A stretch of DNA of 64,000 nt from Candidatus Latescibacterota bacterium (GTDB taxonomy: Bacteria > Latescibacterota > UBA2968 > GCA-2709665). Each line of letters starts with the position of its first letter. Position 1 is the stretch's first letter. Location of the stretch: contig OZ252100.1 of assembly GCA_965248435.1 (NCBI GenBank), positions 3,680,001 to 3,744,000 of the forward strand, written 5' to 3'. The notes beneath the pieces were generated by a model that ran no database searches, was not told where the DNA came from, and saw nothing but the letters and a program-made list of their open reading frames with translations. The translations under genes and the position numbers were made by a program. Below are positions 27,983 to 38,237 of the stretch, in pieces.

Positions 27983-30060
27983 TTCTTCGCCTCGATGATG
28001 ACCTGACCCATAGGATCGGTGGATGCGGTCCAGTCCGGCGGTACGACCGCGGTGGCGTCATACTCCTCGAGAATGAGTGGACCCTCCTGTGGGGTCGTCG
28101 AGAGATCGCCGCGTGTGACGATGAGCGTTTCGATCGTTCCGATCTCCGGACCGAAGTAGGCTGCCCGTTTCAGTGAGTCTCCTTCACCCTCATCGGACGG
28201 CATTTGAAAAGCGTGGGGACGTTCCGTCAGGACCTTACCTGTGACCCCTACGCTTACGGTCTCGATCGGTTTGTCTCCAGAGAGTCTGTGGCCGTAGGTC
28301 TTTTCGTGTTCTTCCTCGAAAAGCTGTTCCATGTCGCGGACCTTGCCGTCGCCCAGCGGCCCGTTCGGAACCGGTAGAGAGAGCTCGAATGCCTGACCGA
28401 CGTAACGAAGGTCTGCCGATCGCCGCAGCGTCACCTGCTGTGGATCGTAGCCCATGTGTTGGAGGACTTCCTGTTCAAGCGCCACGTAGTGGGCGGTGAG
28501 CTCCTCGGGCGAAATCTGCGAGGTTTTGGAGAGAAACGCCCTGGACAGGGAGTGCTCGATATCAGAAAAGAGGAGTCCGAGCGCGCTGAATACGCCCGCC
28601 GCGGGTGGAATGACGACACGCTCGATCTCCATTTCGCGCGCCAGGCTGACGGCGTGCACGCCGCCGCTCCCGCCGAAAGCGAAGAGGGTGAAGTCCCGGG
28701 GGTCTCGACCCCGGTAGGTGGTCACCGCCTTGACCGCGCGCATCATGTTGGCGTTCGCGATCGTGTGGATGCCGTAGGCCGCTTCGAGCAGATCGCGGCC
28801 GAGCGGTGTGGCGATCTCCTGCTCAATGACGGCCCGCGCTTTGTCCGCGTTCAGACTCACGGATCCCCCCGCGAGCGCCTTCGGATTCAGGTATCCGAGG
28901 ACGAGGTTGGCATCCGTCACCGTGGGCTGTTCTCCTCCGGTGTCGTAGCAGACCGGTCCCGGCGCGGCACCCGCGCTCAGGGGGCCGACCTTGAGGGAAC
29001 CTGCCTTGTCCATCCAGACGATGCTGCCTCCTCCAGCGCCGACTTCGGAGATGTCGATCACCGGCAGCTTCAGGGCGTATCCCCCGCCCTTGACCAGCTG
29101 ATTGCTCAGCGAGATCCCACCTCCGACTTCGTACTCGTCGGTCCGCACGAGCTGACCGTTCTCGATAAGCGAGGCCTTGGCCGTCGTCCCGCCCATGTCC
29201 AGCGTGATGAGGTCCCGATCCCCCGTGACGGTGGCCATGTGGGCTGCGCCGATCACACCGGCCGCGGGACCGCACTCCACGATCTGGGCCGGTCTGTCCA
29301 GGATCAGCTCAGCGTCCAGGACGCCGCCGCTGGACTGCATGACGAGGAGGCGCCCGCCCCATCCCCTTTCGTGAAGTTGATCGATCAGCGATTCGAGATA
29401 GTCCCTCACCGGAGGTCCGACGTAGCTGTTGATCACCGTCGTGCTCGTGCGTTCGTATTCCCGGATCTGCGGAAGGATTTCGATCGAGAGGCTGACGAAG
29501 GCATCCGGAAGTTCGGTGCGGAGCAGATCGCCCACTATCCGTTCGTGATCCGGGTTCGCGTAGGAGTGCAGGAAGCACACCGCAACCGCATCGACACCGG
29601 CCGACTTGATTTTCTGGATGGCTCGGTCCAGGTCCGCCCGATCGAGCGGCTCGATCACTTCTCCGTCAGGGCCGACGCGTTCGGTGACCTCGAGGCGGAG
29701 CTGGCGGGGCACGAGCGGTTGGGGCTTGACATACAGAGGTTCGTAGAGGCGAGGAATCCTGATCCTGCGGAGTTCCAGGATGTCACGAAACCCTCTCGTC
29801 GTGATCAGGGCCGTTTTCGCGCCCTTATTCTCCAGGATCGCGTTCGTGGCGACGGTACATCCGTGAAGCAATTCGCTTACCGAGTCGAGGGACATGTTCG
29901 TTTCCGACGCCAATTCTTCCAGCCCCCTGATGACGCCCTTCGCGTAATCTTCGGGCGTAGAGGGGACCTTCCGGGAGGCAATGCCGCCGTCGGGCGTCAG
30001 AAACGCGATGTCAGTGAAGGTGCCGCCGATGTCGGCGGCGATTCGGTGCGTGGTGGGCAT
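27979..30060 (-). CDS. Hydantoinase A / 5-oxoprolinase family ATP-binding subunit
   Basis: DIGGTFTD, EYERTSTT, DMGGTTAK, GAGGGSI, PTVTDANLVLG; 4-bp overlap with subunit B. Confidence 0.92.
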   Translation of the reverse strand: MPTTHRIAADIGGTFTDIAFLTPDGGIASRKVPSTPEDYAKGVIRGLEELASETNMSLDSVSELLHGCTVATNAILENKGAKTALITTRGFRDILELRRIRIPRLYEPLYVKPQPLVPRQLRLEVTERVGPDGEVIEPLDRADLDRAIQKIKSAGVDAVAVCFLHSYANPDHERIVGDLLRTELPDAFVSLSIEILPQIREYERTSTTVINSYVGPPVRDYLESLIDQLHERGWGGRLLVMQSSGGVLDAELILDRPAQIVECGPAAGVIGAAHMATVTGDRDLITLDMGGTTAKASLIENGQLVRTDEYEVGGGISLSNQLVKGGGYALKLPVIDISEVGAGGGSIVWMDKAGSLKVGPLSAGAAPGPVCYDTGGEQPTVTDANLVLGYLNPKALAGGSVSLNADKARAVIEQEIATPLGRDLLEAAYGIHTIANANMMRAVKAVTTYRGRDPRDFTLFAFGGSGGVHAVSLAREMEIERVVIPPAAGVFSALGLLFSDIEHSLSRAFLSKTSQISPEELTAHYVALEQEVLQHMGYDPQQVTLRRSADLRYVGQAFELSLPVPNGPLGDGKVRDMEQLFEEEHEKTYGHRLSGDKPIETVSVGVTGKVLTERPHAFQMPSDEGEGDSLKRAAYFGPEIGTIETLIVTRGDLSTTPQEGPLILEEYDATAVVPPDWTASTDPMGQVIIEAKK

Positions 30061-30074
30061 CGGCGATCGTGTGA

Positions 30075-30180
30075 TATTGAGTCTCTGTAGAATGAAAAGC
30101 GATGGAGTAAAGCCTCAATATAATGTATACTGTTGAATCACGAAAGCGCACGAAAATCCACAAAAAGCACGAAGTAGCCC
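30075..30180. promoter_or_regulatory. AT-rich divergent promoter region with CACGAA repeats
   Basis: TATAAT at 30119 and TATACT at 30126; no clear -35 box; cacgaa repeats at 30139-30173. Confidence 0.3.
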
Positions 30181-30235
30181 GCTATCCGTCTGTCAAATTG
30201 CATCACGGTAACTGTCGGGAAGAGGAAGAGGCGCT

Positions 30236-32719
30236 ATGAGTCATTCGCGGCTGAGGCTGAAACTTGAGTACAGAGACTACTTCAAGCAGGCCCTGACGTT
30301 CGGCTGGCCCGCGGGACTTAAATCGAAGTCCGCTGACGCGAGTGTTATCGTCACGCAGCCCTACGGGTTCGAACAGAAACTGACCGGGAAAGCGAAACGG
30401 GTTGGCGATCGGGGCGAAGTCGTGATCACCTATCCGCTGGTGGACGAGGGCCGGTTTGCTCCGGTTATGTCAAGCGCGACAGATCCGGAGGGTGCCAAGC
30501 GTTGGGGGATGCGTGCCTATCGATTCCAGCTCACACTCAAGGCTGGAAGGAAGACCGTGGGCTCGGGAATCTTGAGGCTGGACCCGAACGACTTCTTCGG
30601 GGAGATCGGGGGCATGAAGCTGGCTCAGGTGGATTCACTTCGGCAGTTCATCGAGTGCTGCCCTGAGCGGCCCGCGTTTATCGACACGACGGAGGCGGGC
30701 TTTACGATTCGTACGATTCCTGGCCGGGTGAAGACCTGTTCGGTGAAGGTCGAGGTTGTGGACCCGAAAAGCCATAAGCGACTCGCCGGTCCTCTCAACT
30801 TGAAATTGAACGGGAAGGTGAAGCGGTGCAGCTTTGACGGAACGAAGTGGGGGCGCGGCGAGTTCTGGCTTCGTGTCAGGATTTATCAGGGGAGCAAGGC
30901 GGTCGGTCCTTATCTGGTGCGTCAGATCTTCATGGAGACCCCCTACACGCCGAAGCGATCTCTGAATCCGCTTCGCGTCGGACATTCGCCGCAGTACATG
31001 GTAGACGGCTGGATCTTCGGTTCTTCCTCCGGGCTGCAGCACGCGCCGGATCAACTTGAGGTCGTGTCGGACGGACCGATTGCGGAGATCGACCGCCCCT
31101 GGGAGCAGGGTCCCGACCACTTGGGCATGAACTCATTCACCTATGACAAAGAAGCAGGCCAGTTTCGGGCCACCTATTACGCCGGTCCACTCACCGAGGA
31201 CGAGCGGCTGTGGAAGATGGGCGTGCGGTCGACGATCACCGCCCATTCCACAAGATATCTGTGTCTGACAGTTTCGAATGACGGAGTGAAATGGGAAAAA
31301 CCGGATCTGGGCCTCGTAGAATACAAGGGATCCAGGAAGAACAATATCCTGAGAGACAAGTCGGGCGAAGATTTCCTGATGTCAGGAGAGTTCGACAGTT
31401 TTCCGGCGCCTGTGAAGGAGCGCCCGCTTCCAAGGAAGTATCGTTACCGGTTCTACGATCCGAAGAAGGACGGTCCGGTGGACATGGACAACTTCGTGTT
31501 CCGGGTGTTCCTTAACCAGAGCATGGAGCCTGCTGACCAGTTCAAAGGGGGGTTCCGACCGAAGCACCGGGAGTTCTGGGGATTCGAGCGGCGCGGGGAC
31601 ACTTTTCTGGCGCTGACACACCGGCCTATGCTCACTGGTGGGCGGGGCCTGCATTTAACGCATACGGGTGAGCGGGCGTCCACGTATCCGTTCGCTGGAG
31701 AACCGTTCTGCCTCGGCTACCCAGGGGGTGGGTCTACGGCCACGTTCTACCATCGGCAGAGCAAAACGTTTTTATACTATTACCGACCGGACTATCCGGC
31801 CTATCCTCCTCACGGGCTTCCCTACTACCTCTGGCATCGTGAGGCGGCCATCCGCACGCGCGCGGTGATGTGGACGCGGGACGGTTTCCACTGGGATCGG
31901 CGTCAACAGGTTGTGCCCGACGAACACGACCCGCCAGGTACGACGCTCTACGGGTTCGGGTTTATCAGGCCGGCGGGCAAAGCGGTGAGCGATACGGACG
32001 GCCAGCTCTACCTAGGAACGGTTTTGAACTGGGACCTTTCGACGCAGCAGAACCGGCAGCACCTGTTGTGGAGCCGGGACCTGATCCACTGGGACAAGTT
32101 CGGGGCCAATCGGAAACCGCTTCTGGAAAACGGACCGATCGGGAGCTGGAACACCGCCAGTAGCGGGCTGAACGAGTACACTCCGGTCACGAACGCGGAA
32201 GGGGAAGAGGAGTGGCTTTTCACCTTCGGCGCAGGGAATTGCCGCTACATGCTGAGCACCCGCGAGAACGCATCGGTCTCGCTGGAGGAGTTCAAGGCGA
32301 GGCGGCCCTACTATGAGCTCGCGCCGTTCTTCACGAGCTGGGAGGACTTCTACACCGAGACCAAGAATGCCTGGGTACTCACCCAACTGGCGAAGTGTAA
32401 AGCGGGCAGGCTCGCACACGTTGAGCCAAGCGGATCCAGGGGGGAGTTCACGACGCTGCCGCTCGTCGTCGAAGGCAATCGCCTGATGCTGAACGGTCAG
32501 ACCGATCCTGGCGGCAGCATCCGAGTTGAAGTTCAGGATGCGGAAGGAAACCCGTTTCCGGAGCTGCGCCTGGATGACTGTGATCCATTTTCGGGAGACC
32601 GGGTGGCGCACGAGGTGAGGTGGAAGCGGGCCGGGCTGGAGGAGGTGAACGGACGGGTGGTCCGGCTGAAGGTGGTGCTGGAGGGAGCCAGGTTATACAC
32701 GTTCAGGATCGCGAACTGA
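30236..32719 (+). CDS. ~828-aa hypothetical protein: basic N-terminal domain, GH32/43-like propeller and C-terminal beta-sandwich, copy 1
   Basis: SNDGVKWEKPDLG, WTRDG.HW and WSRDLIHW Asp-box-like repeats; C-terminal GNRLxLN..GGSIRVE..DC..FSGD domain shared with 45088/47173/61277. Confidence 0.7.
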   Translation: MSHSRLRLKLEYRDYFKQALTFGWPAGLKSKSADASVIVTQPYGFEQKLTGKAKRVGDRGEVVITYPLVDEGRFAPVMSSATDPEGAKRWGMRAYRFQLTLKAGRKTVGSGILRLDPNDFFGEIGGMKLAQVDSLRQFIECCPERPAFIDTTEAGFTIRTIPGRVKTCSVKVEVVDPKSHKRLAGPLNLKLNGKVKRCSFDGTKWGRGEFWLRVRIYQGSKAVGPYLVRQIFMETPYTPKRSLNPLRVGHSPQYMVDGWIFGSSSGLQHAPDQLEVVSDGPIAEIDRPWEQGPDHLGMNSFTYDKEAGQFRATYYAGPLTEDERLWKMGVRSTITAHSTRYLCLTVSNDGVKWEKPDLGLVEYKGSRKNNILRDKSGEDFLMSGEFDSFPAPVKERPLPRKYRYRFYDPKKDGPVDMDNFVFRVFLNQSMEPADQFKGGFRPKHREFWGFERRGDTFLALTHRPMLTGGRGLHLTHTGERASTYPFAGEPFCLGYPGGGSTATFYHRQSKTFLYYYRPDYPAYPPHGLPYYLWHREAAIRTRAVMWTRDGFHWDRRQQVVPDEHDPPGTTLYGFGFIRPAGKAVSDTDGQLYLGTVLNWDLSTQQNRQHLLWSRDLIHWDKFGANRKPLLENGPIGSWNTASSGLNEYTPVTNAEGEEEWLFTFGAGNCRYMLSTRENASVSLEEFKARRPYYELAPFFTSWEDFYTETKNAWVLTQLAKCKAGRLAHVEPSGSRGEFTTLPLVVEGNRLMLNGQTDPGGSIRVEVQDAEGNPFPELRLDDCDPFSGDRVAHEVRWKRAGLEEVNGRVVRLKVVLEGARLYTFRIAN

Positions 32720-32731
32720 AAGGCGCTGGAT

Positions 32732-32766
32732 CACGAAAGGACACGAAGAAGCACGAAAGGCACGAA
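32732..32766 (+). repeat. CACGAA short repeat cluster
   Basis: cacgaaaggacacgaagaagcacgaaaggcacgaa. Confidence 0.6.
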
Positions 32767-32854
32767 GCCATCCCATGCCTCACAACGAAAGTATCACGGA
32801 GAAAAGCTGGAGGACCGCTGAACTTACCGGAAATGTGATGAACGAAAAGCAACC

Positions 32855-32912
32855 TTCCCCCTTTGGAAAAGCATGTCCCGAGCTTGTCGAGGGAGGGGGT
32901 AAGGGGGGATTT
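32855..32912. repeat. C/G-run hairpin interrupted by a 24-bp mini-element
   Basis: ccccctttggaaaa[gcatgtcccgagcttgtcgaggga]ggggg; removing the insert restores the hairpin seen at 26162. Confidence 0.75.
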
Positions 32913-32962
32913 GGCGTTCGCAAACTAGCCCGGACCGAAAGGCGCGAAGAGGAAGACACGTT

Positions 32963-35449
32963 ATGAATGGGTCGAAGCTGAGGCTGAAGCTGGAGTACAG
33001 GGATTACTTCAAACAGGCCCTGACGTTCAGCTGGCCCGCTGGACTAAAACCGACGTCGGCTGACGCGAGCGTTCTCGTCACGCAACCCTACGGGTTCGAA
33101 CAGAAGCTGACCGGGAAAGCCAGACGTGTCGGCGATCGGGGCGAGGTGGTGATCACCTATCCGCTCGTGGACGAAGGGCGCTACGGCCCGAAGCCGCCGG
33201 ACGAGATGACGATTCACTCGGAGTGGGGAATGGGTACCTATCGGTTCGACCTCACGCTGAAGATCGGGCGGAGGGTCGTTGGATCGGGTGTTCTCATGCT
33301 GGATCCGAACGATTTCTTCGACGAGATCGGTGGGATGAAGCTGGCTCAGGTAGACTCACTCAGACAGTTCATCGAGTGCTGCCCGGAGCGACCCGCATTT
33401 ATTGATACAACAGAGATGGGCTTTACAATTCGTACGATTCCTGATCGAGTGAAAACCTGTTCGGTGAAGGTTGACGTCGTGGATCCCAAGAGCCACAAGC
33501 GACTCACCGGACCCCTCAACCTGAAGCTGAATGGAAAAGCAAAGCGGCACAGCTTCGATGGAGAGAAGTGGGGGCGCGGAGAGTTCTGGCTGCGTGTGAG
33601 GATTCAACAGGGGAGCAAACCGGTCGGCCCTTACCTGGTCCGCCAGATCTTCATGGAGACGCCTCACACGCCGAAGCGCCCGGTGAGCCCGCTACGTGTC
33701 GGACATTCGCCGCAGTATATGGTGGACGGCTGGATTTTTTCATCATCCTCCGGGCTGCAACACACCCCGGATCAGCTGGAGGTGGTGTCGGACGGACCGA
33801 TCGCGGAGATCGACCGCGCGTGGGAGCAGGGCCCGGATCACCTGCCGCTCGATTCGTTCTGGTATGACAAAGAGGCAGGGCAGTTCAGGGCAACCTATTA
33901 CGCCGGACCGCTGACCGAGGACGAGCGGTTGTGGAAGATAGGTGCGCGATCGACGATCACCGCTTATTCGACGCGGTATCTGTGTCTGACCGTTTCGAAT
34001 GACGGGGTGAAGTGGGAAAAGCCGGATCTGGGTCTCGTGGAATACAACGGATCCCGGAAGAACAACATCCTGAGAGACAAGTCTGGCGAAGACTTCCTGA
34101 TGTCAGGGGAGTTTGACAGCTTTCCCGCGCCGGTGAAAGAGCGCCCGCTTCCGAGACGGTATCGCTACCGGTTCTACGATCCGAAGAAGGATGGGCCGGT
34201 GGACATGGACAACTTCGTGTTCCGGGTGTTTCATCGGCGGAACATGGAGCGTGCGGACCGGTTCTCAGGAGGGTTCAGGCCGAAACAAGGGGAGTTCTGG
34301 GGGTTCGAGCGGCGGGGAGATACCTTCCTGGCGCTGACGAAACGGTGCGTCCTGAGCAAAGCACGCGGCATGCATCTGACGCATACGAACGAGCGAGCCT
34401 CCACCTATCCGTTCACCGGGGAACCGTTTTGCATCCCCGGCTATCCGAGCGGCGGGTCTACGGGCACGTTTTACCACCAGCAAAGCAAGACGTTCTTCTA
34501 CTACTATCGTCCGGACTATCCTCCCTACCCGCCCAACGGGAAGCCCTTCTACCTCTGGCACTTCATTGGGGCCATCCGTACGCGCGCAGTGATGTGGACG
34601 CGGGATGGGATGCACTGGGATCGTCGTCACCAGGTCGTACCCGACGAGCACGATCCGCCGGGTACGACGCTCTACGGGTTTGGCTTCATCAGGCGGGAGG
34701 GTAAAGCTGTGAGCGACACGGACGGCCAGCTTTACCTGGGAACACTCCTGAACTGGGACTTTTCGACGCAGCTGAACCGGCAGCACCTCTTGTGGAGCCG
34801 CGACCTGATCCACTGGAACAAGTTCGGCGCCAATCGAAAGCCGCTTCTGGAGAGCGGACCGATAGGGAGCTGGAATACCGCCAGCAGCGGGCTGAATCAA
34901 TACACTCCGGTCACGAACGCGAACGGAGAAGAGGAGTGGCTTTTCACCTTTACCGCGGGGAATTGCCGCTACATGCTGGGCAGCAGCAAGCGTCAAGAGG
35001 CTGCCGGCTCCCTTGAGGAGTTCAAGGCGAGGCTGCCCTACTTCGAGCTCGCGCCGTTCTTCACGAGCTGGGAGGACTTCCAGAACGAGATCAACAACTG
35101 CCGGGTGCTCACCGGCCTGGCGAAGTGCAAGGCGGGAAGACTCGCACACGTGGAACCGAACCGATCCAAAGGAGAGTTCACGACGCTGCCGCTCGTCGTA
35201 GAAGGGAACCGCCTGCTGTTGAACGGGCAGACCGATCCGGGAGGCAGCATCCGTGTTGAGGTTCAGGACGCGGAGGGGAACTCGTTTCCGGAGCTGGGTC
35301 TGGATGACTGTATTCCGTTTTCTGGAGACCGGGTGGCGCACGAGGTGAGGTGGAAGCGGGCACGGCTGGAGGAGGTGAACCGACGGGTGGTCCGATTGAA
35401 GGTGGTGCTGGAGGGAGCGAGGTTATACACCTTTAGGATCGCCAGCTAA
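32963..35449 (+). CDS. ~828-aa hypothetical propeller protein, copy 2
   Basis: Colinear with and highly similar to copy 1. Confidence 0.7.
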   Translation: MNGSKLRLKLEYRDYFKQALTFSWPAGLKPTSADASVLVTQPYGFEQKLTGKARRVGDRGEVVITYPLVDEGRYGPKPPDEMTIHSEWGMGTYRFDLTLKIGRRVVGSGVLMLDPNDFFDEIGGMKLAQVDSLRQFIECCPERPAFIDTTEMGFTIRTIPDRVKTCSVKVDVVDPKSHKRLTGPLNLKLNGKAKRHSFDGEKWGRGEFWLRVRIQQGSKPVGPYLVRQIFMETPHTPKRPVSPLRVGHSPQYMVDGWIFSSSSGLQHTPDQLEVVSDGPIAEIDRAWEQGPDHLPLDSFWYDKEAGQFRATYYAGPLTEDERLWKIGARSTITAYSTRYLCLTVSNDGVKWEKPDLGLVEYNGSRKNNILRDKSGEDFLMSGEFDSFPAPVKERPLPRRYRYRFYDPKKDGPVDMDNFVFRVFHRRNMERADRFSGGFRPKQGEFWGFERRGDTFLALTKRCVLSKARGMHLTHTNERASTYPFTGEPFCIPGYPSGGSTGTFYHQQSKTFFYYYRPDYPPYPPNGKPFYLWHFIGAIRTRAVMWTRDGMHWDRRHQVVPDEHDPPGTTLYGFGFIRREGKAVSDTDGQLYLGTLLNWDFSTQLNRQHLLWSRDLIHWNKFGANRKPLLESGPIGSWNTASSGLNQYTPVTNANGEEEWLFTFTAGNCRYMLGSSKRQEAAGSLEEFKARLPYFELAPFFTSWEDFQNEINNCRVLTGLAKCKAGRLAHVEPNRSKGEFTTLPLVVEGNRLLLNGQTDPGGSIRVEVQDAEGNSFPELGLDDCIPFSGDRVAHEVRWKRARLEEVNRRVVRLKVVLEGARLYTFRIAS

Positions 35450-35614
35450 TTGCGGATTGCGGATTTGGGATTTCGGAATGACAGGCAAAAGCGCACCGCA
35501 GAGGCGCGGAGGTCGCGGAGAAAAACGAAGAACGAATGTTGAACCGCAGAATGTCGAATGATGAAGGGAGGACTAGAGCGATATGAACCAGTCCAAGATG
35601 AGGCTGAAGCTCGA
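35384..35614 (+). repeat. 231-bp exact direct repeat spanning the copy 2/3 junction
   Basis: Identical by eye to 38007-38237. Confidence 0.85.
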
Positions 35615-38072
35615 ATACAGGGACTATTTCAAACAGGCCCTGACGTTCAACTGGCCCGAAGGACTCAAACCAAAGTCCGTTGACGCGAGCGTTGCCATCA
35701 CGCAGCCCTACGGGTTCGAACAGAAGCTGACCGGGAAAGCGAAACGGGTCGGCGATCGGGGCGAGGTGGTGATTAACTACCCGCTGGTGGATGAAGGAAG
35801 GTTTGCGCCGACGCCGTCCACGATCACGGATCCGGAGGGGGCGAAGCGCTGGGGCATGGGCGGCTATCGGTTCGCACTCACGCTGAAGTCCGGCCGGAGG
35901 AAAGTGGCCTCAGGCGATCTGAGGGTGAATGCGAACGACTTTTTTGGCGAGATCGGGGGCATGAAGCTGGCGCAGGTCGATTCGCTGCGTCAGTTCATCG
36001 AGTGCTGTCCGGAGCGGCCCGCGTTTATCGACACGACGGAGATGGGTTTCACGATACGGACGCTGCCGGACAGGGTGAAAACCTGTTCGGTGAAGGTTGA
36101 CGTCGTGGACCCGAAGAGCCACAAGCGACTCGCCGGTCCGCTCAACCTGAAGCTGACTGGGAAAGTAAGACGGTACAGTTTTGAAGGAGAGAAGTGGGGG
36201 GCCGGGGAGTTCTGGCTTCGCGTGAGGATTCAGCAGGGGAACAGGGCGGTCGGCCCCTACCTGATCCGCCAGATCTTTATGGAGACGCCTTACCGGCCGA
36301 AGCGCCCGGTGAGCCCGCTTCGGGTCGGACATTCGCCGCAGTACATGGTGGACGGCTGGATCTTTGGCTCCTCCTCCGGGCTGCAGCATGCCCCGGATCA
36401 GCTGGAGGTCGTGTCGGACGGACCGATCGTGGAGATCGACCGCCCGTGGGAGCAGGGTCCCGATCATCAGCCGATTAACTCTTTCTGGTATGACAAAGAG
36501 GCGGGCCAGTTTCGCGCTACCTACTACGCCGGACCGCTGACAGAAGACGAGCGGCTGTGGAAGATGGGCGTGCGATCGACGATCACCGCCTATTCGACCC
36601 GGTTTCTGTGTCTCACCGTTTCGAATGATGGAGTAAAGTGGGAAAAGCCGGATCTGGATCTGGTCGAATACAATGGATCCAAGAAAAACAACATCCTGAG
36701 AGACAAATCGCGCGAAGACTTCCTGATGTCGGGCGAGTTCGACAGCTTTCCGGCGCCGGTGAAGGAGCGCCCGCTTCCGAAGCGGTATCGCTACCGGTTC
36801 TACGATCGCAAAAAGGACGGTCCGGTGGACATGGACAACTTCGTGTTCCGCGTGTTCCTCCAGCAAAGCATGGAGCCTGCGAACCAATTCGGAAGCGGGT
36901 TCCGACCGAAGCACCGGGAGTTCTGGGGGTTCGAGCGTCGGGGAGACACCTTCCTGGCGCTGACGCGCAGGCCGGTCCTGACCGGTGCTCGCGGCATGCA
37001 TCTGATTCATACGAACGAGCGGGCGTCCACCTTTCCGTTCGAGGGAGACCCGATGGCGCTTGCCTACCCTGGCGGCAGGTCTACCGCCACGTTCTACCAT
37101 CGGCACAGTAAGACGTTTTTCTATTATTACAGGCCGGACTACCCCGCCTATCCTCCTCACGGGTTGCCCTATTACCTGTGGCACCGTGTGGCAGCCATCC
37201 GCACGCGCGCTGTGACGTGGACGCGCGACGGGGTCCACTGGGAGCGGCGTCACCAGACGGTGCCCGATGAGCACGACCCGCCCGGGACGACGCTTTACGG
37301 GTTCGGATTTCTCAGGCCGGCAGGCAGTGACCTGAGCGACACGGACGGCCAGCTCTACCTGGGCGCGCTGCTGAACTGGGACTTTTCGACACAGCAGGCC
37401 CGGCAGCACCTGATGTGGAGCCGGGACCTGATCCACTGGGACAAATTCGGGGCGAATCGAAGGCCCCTTCTGGAAAACGGGCCGATTGGCAGCTGGAATA
37501 CGGCCTCGGGCGGGCTGAACAGTTACACGCCGATCACGAACGGCGACGGGGAAGAGGAATGGCTGTTCACCTTTGGCGCGGGGAATAAGCGCTACATGCT
37601 GGGCAGCGGCAAGCGTGAGGACGCGGCCGGCTCCCTTGAGGAGTTCAAGGCGAGGCTGCCCTACTTCGAGCTCGCGCCGTTCTTCACGAGCTGGGAGGAC
37701 TTCCAAAATGAGATCAACAACTGCCGAGTGCTCACCGGCCTGGCGAAGTGCAAGGCAGGGAGGCTGGCGCACGTGGAACCGAGCCGATCAAGAGGGGAGT
37801 TCACGACCCTGCCGCTCGTCGTGGAAGGGAACCGCCTGCTACTGAACGGACAGACCGATTCCGGAGGAAGCATTCGCGTGGAGGTGCAGGACGCGGAGGG
37901 CAATGTGTTTCCGGAGTTGGGTCTGGATGACTGCGTTCCGTTTTCTGGAGACCGCACGGCCCACCAGGTGAGGTGGAAGCGAGCGCGGCTGGAGGAGGTG
38001 AACGGGCGGGTGGTCCGATTGAAGGTGGTGCTGGAGGGAGCGAGGTTATACACCTTTAGGATCGCCAGCTAA
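35583..38072 (+). CDS. ~828-aa hypothetical propeller protein, copy 3 (mosaic)
   Basis: N-terminus like copy 4, C-terminal part like copy 2. Confidence 0.7.
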   Translation: MNQSKMRLKLEYRDYFKQALTFNWPEGLKPKSVDASVAITQPYGFEQKLTGKAKRVGDRGEVVINYPLVDEGRFAPTPSTITDPEGAKRWGMGGYRFALTLKSGRRKVASGDLRVNANDFFGEIGGMKLAQVDSLRQFIECCPERPAFIDTTEMGFTIRTLPDRVKTCSVKVDVVDPKSHKRLAGPLNLKLTGKVRRYSFEGEKWGAGEFWLRVRIQQGNRAVGPYLIRQIFMETPYRPKRPVSPLRVGHSPQYMVDGWIFGSSSGLQHAPDQLEVVSDGPIVEIDRPWEQGPDHQPINSFWYDKEAGQFRATYYAGPLTEDERLWKMGVRSTITAYSTRFLCLTVSNDGVKWEKPDLDLVEYNGSKKNNILRDKSREDFLMSGEFDSFPAPVKERPLPKRYRYRFYDRKKDGPVDMDNFVFRVFLQQSMEPANQFGSGFRPKHREFWGFERRGDTFLALTRRPVLTGARGMHLIHTNERASTFPFEGDPMALAYPGGRSTATFYHRHSKTFFYYYRPDYPAYPPHGLPYYLWHRVAAIRTRAVTWTRDGVHWERRHQTVPDEHDPPGTTLYGFGFLRPAGSDLSDTDGQLYLGALLNWDFSTQQARQHLMWSRDLIHWDKFGANRRPLLENGPIGSWNTASGGLNSYTPITNGDGEEEWLFTFGAGNKRYMLGSGKREDAAGSLEEFKARLPYFELAPFFTSWEDFQNEINNCRVLTGLAKCKAGRLAHVEPSRSRGEFTTLPLVVEGNRLLLNGQTDSGGSIRVEVQDAEGNVFPELGLDDCVPFSGDRTAHQVRWKRARLEEVNGRVVRLKVVLEGARLYTFRIAS

Positions 38073-38237
38073 TTGCGGATTGCGGATTTGGGATTTCGGA
38101 ATGACAGGCAAAAGCGCACCGCAGAGGCGCGGAGGTCGCGGAGAAAAACGAAGAACGAATGTTGAACCGCAGAATGTCGAATGATGAAGGGAGGACTAGA
38201 GCGATATGAACCAGTCCAAGATGAGGCTGAAGCTCGA
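38007..38237 (+). repeat. 231-bp exact direct repeat spanning the copy 3/4 junction
   Basis: Identical by eye to 35384-35614. Confidence 0.85.

Noticed and set aside
35910-37772. 620-aa antisense ORF (similarly 28456..30090 and 20042..21349)
   Set aside because: Shadow ORFs opposite well-supported genes; not kept open in the sibling paralogues and without recognisable motifs.
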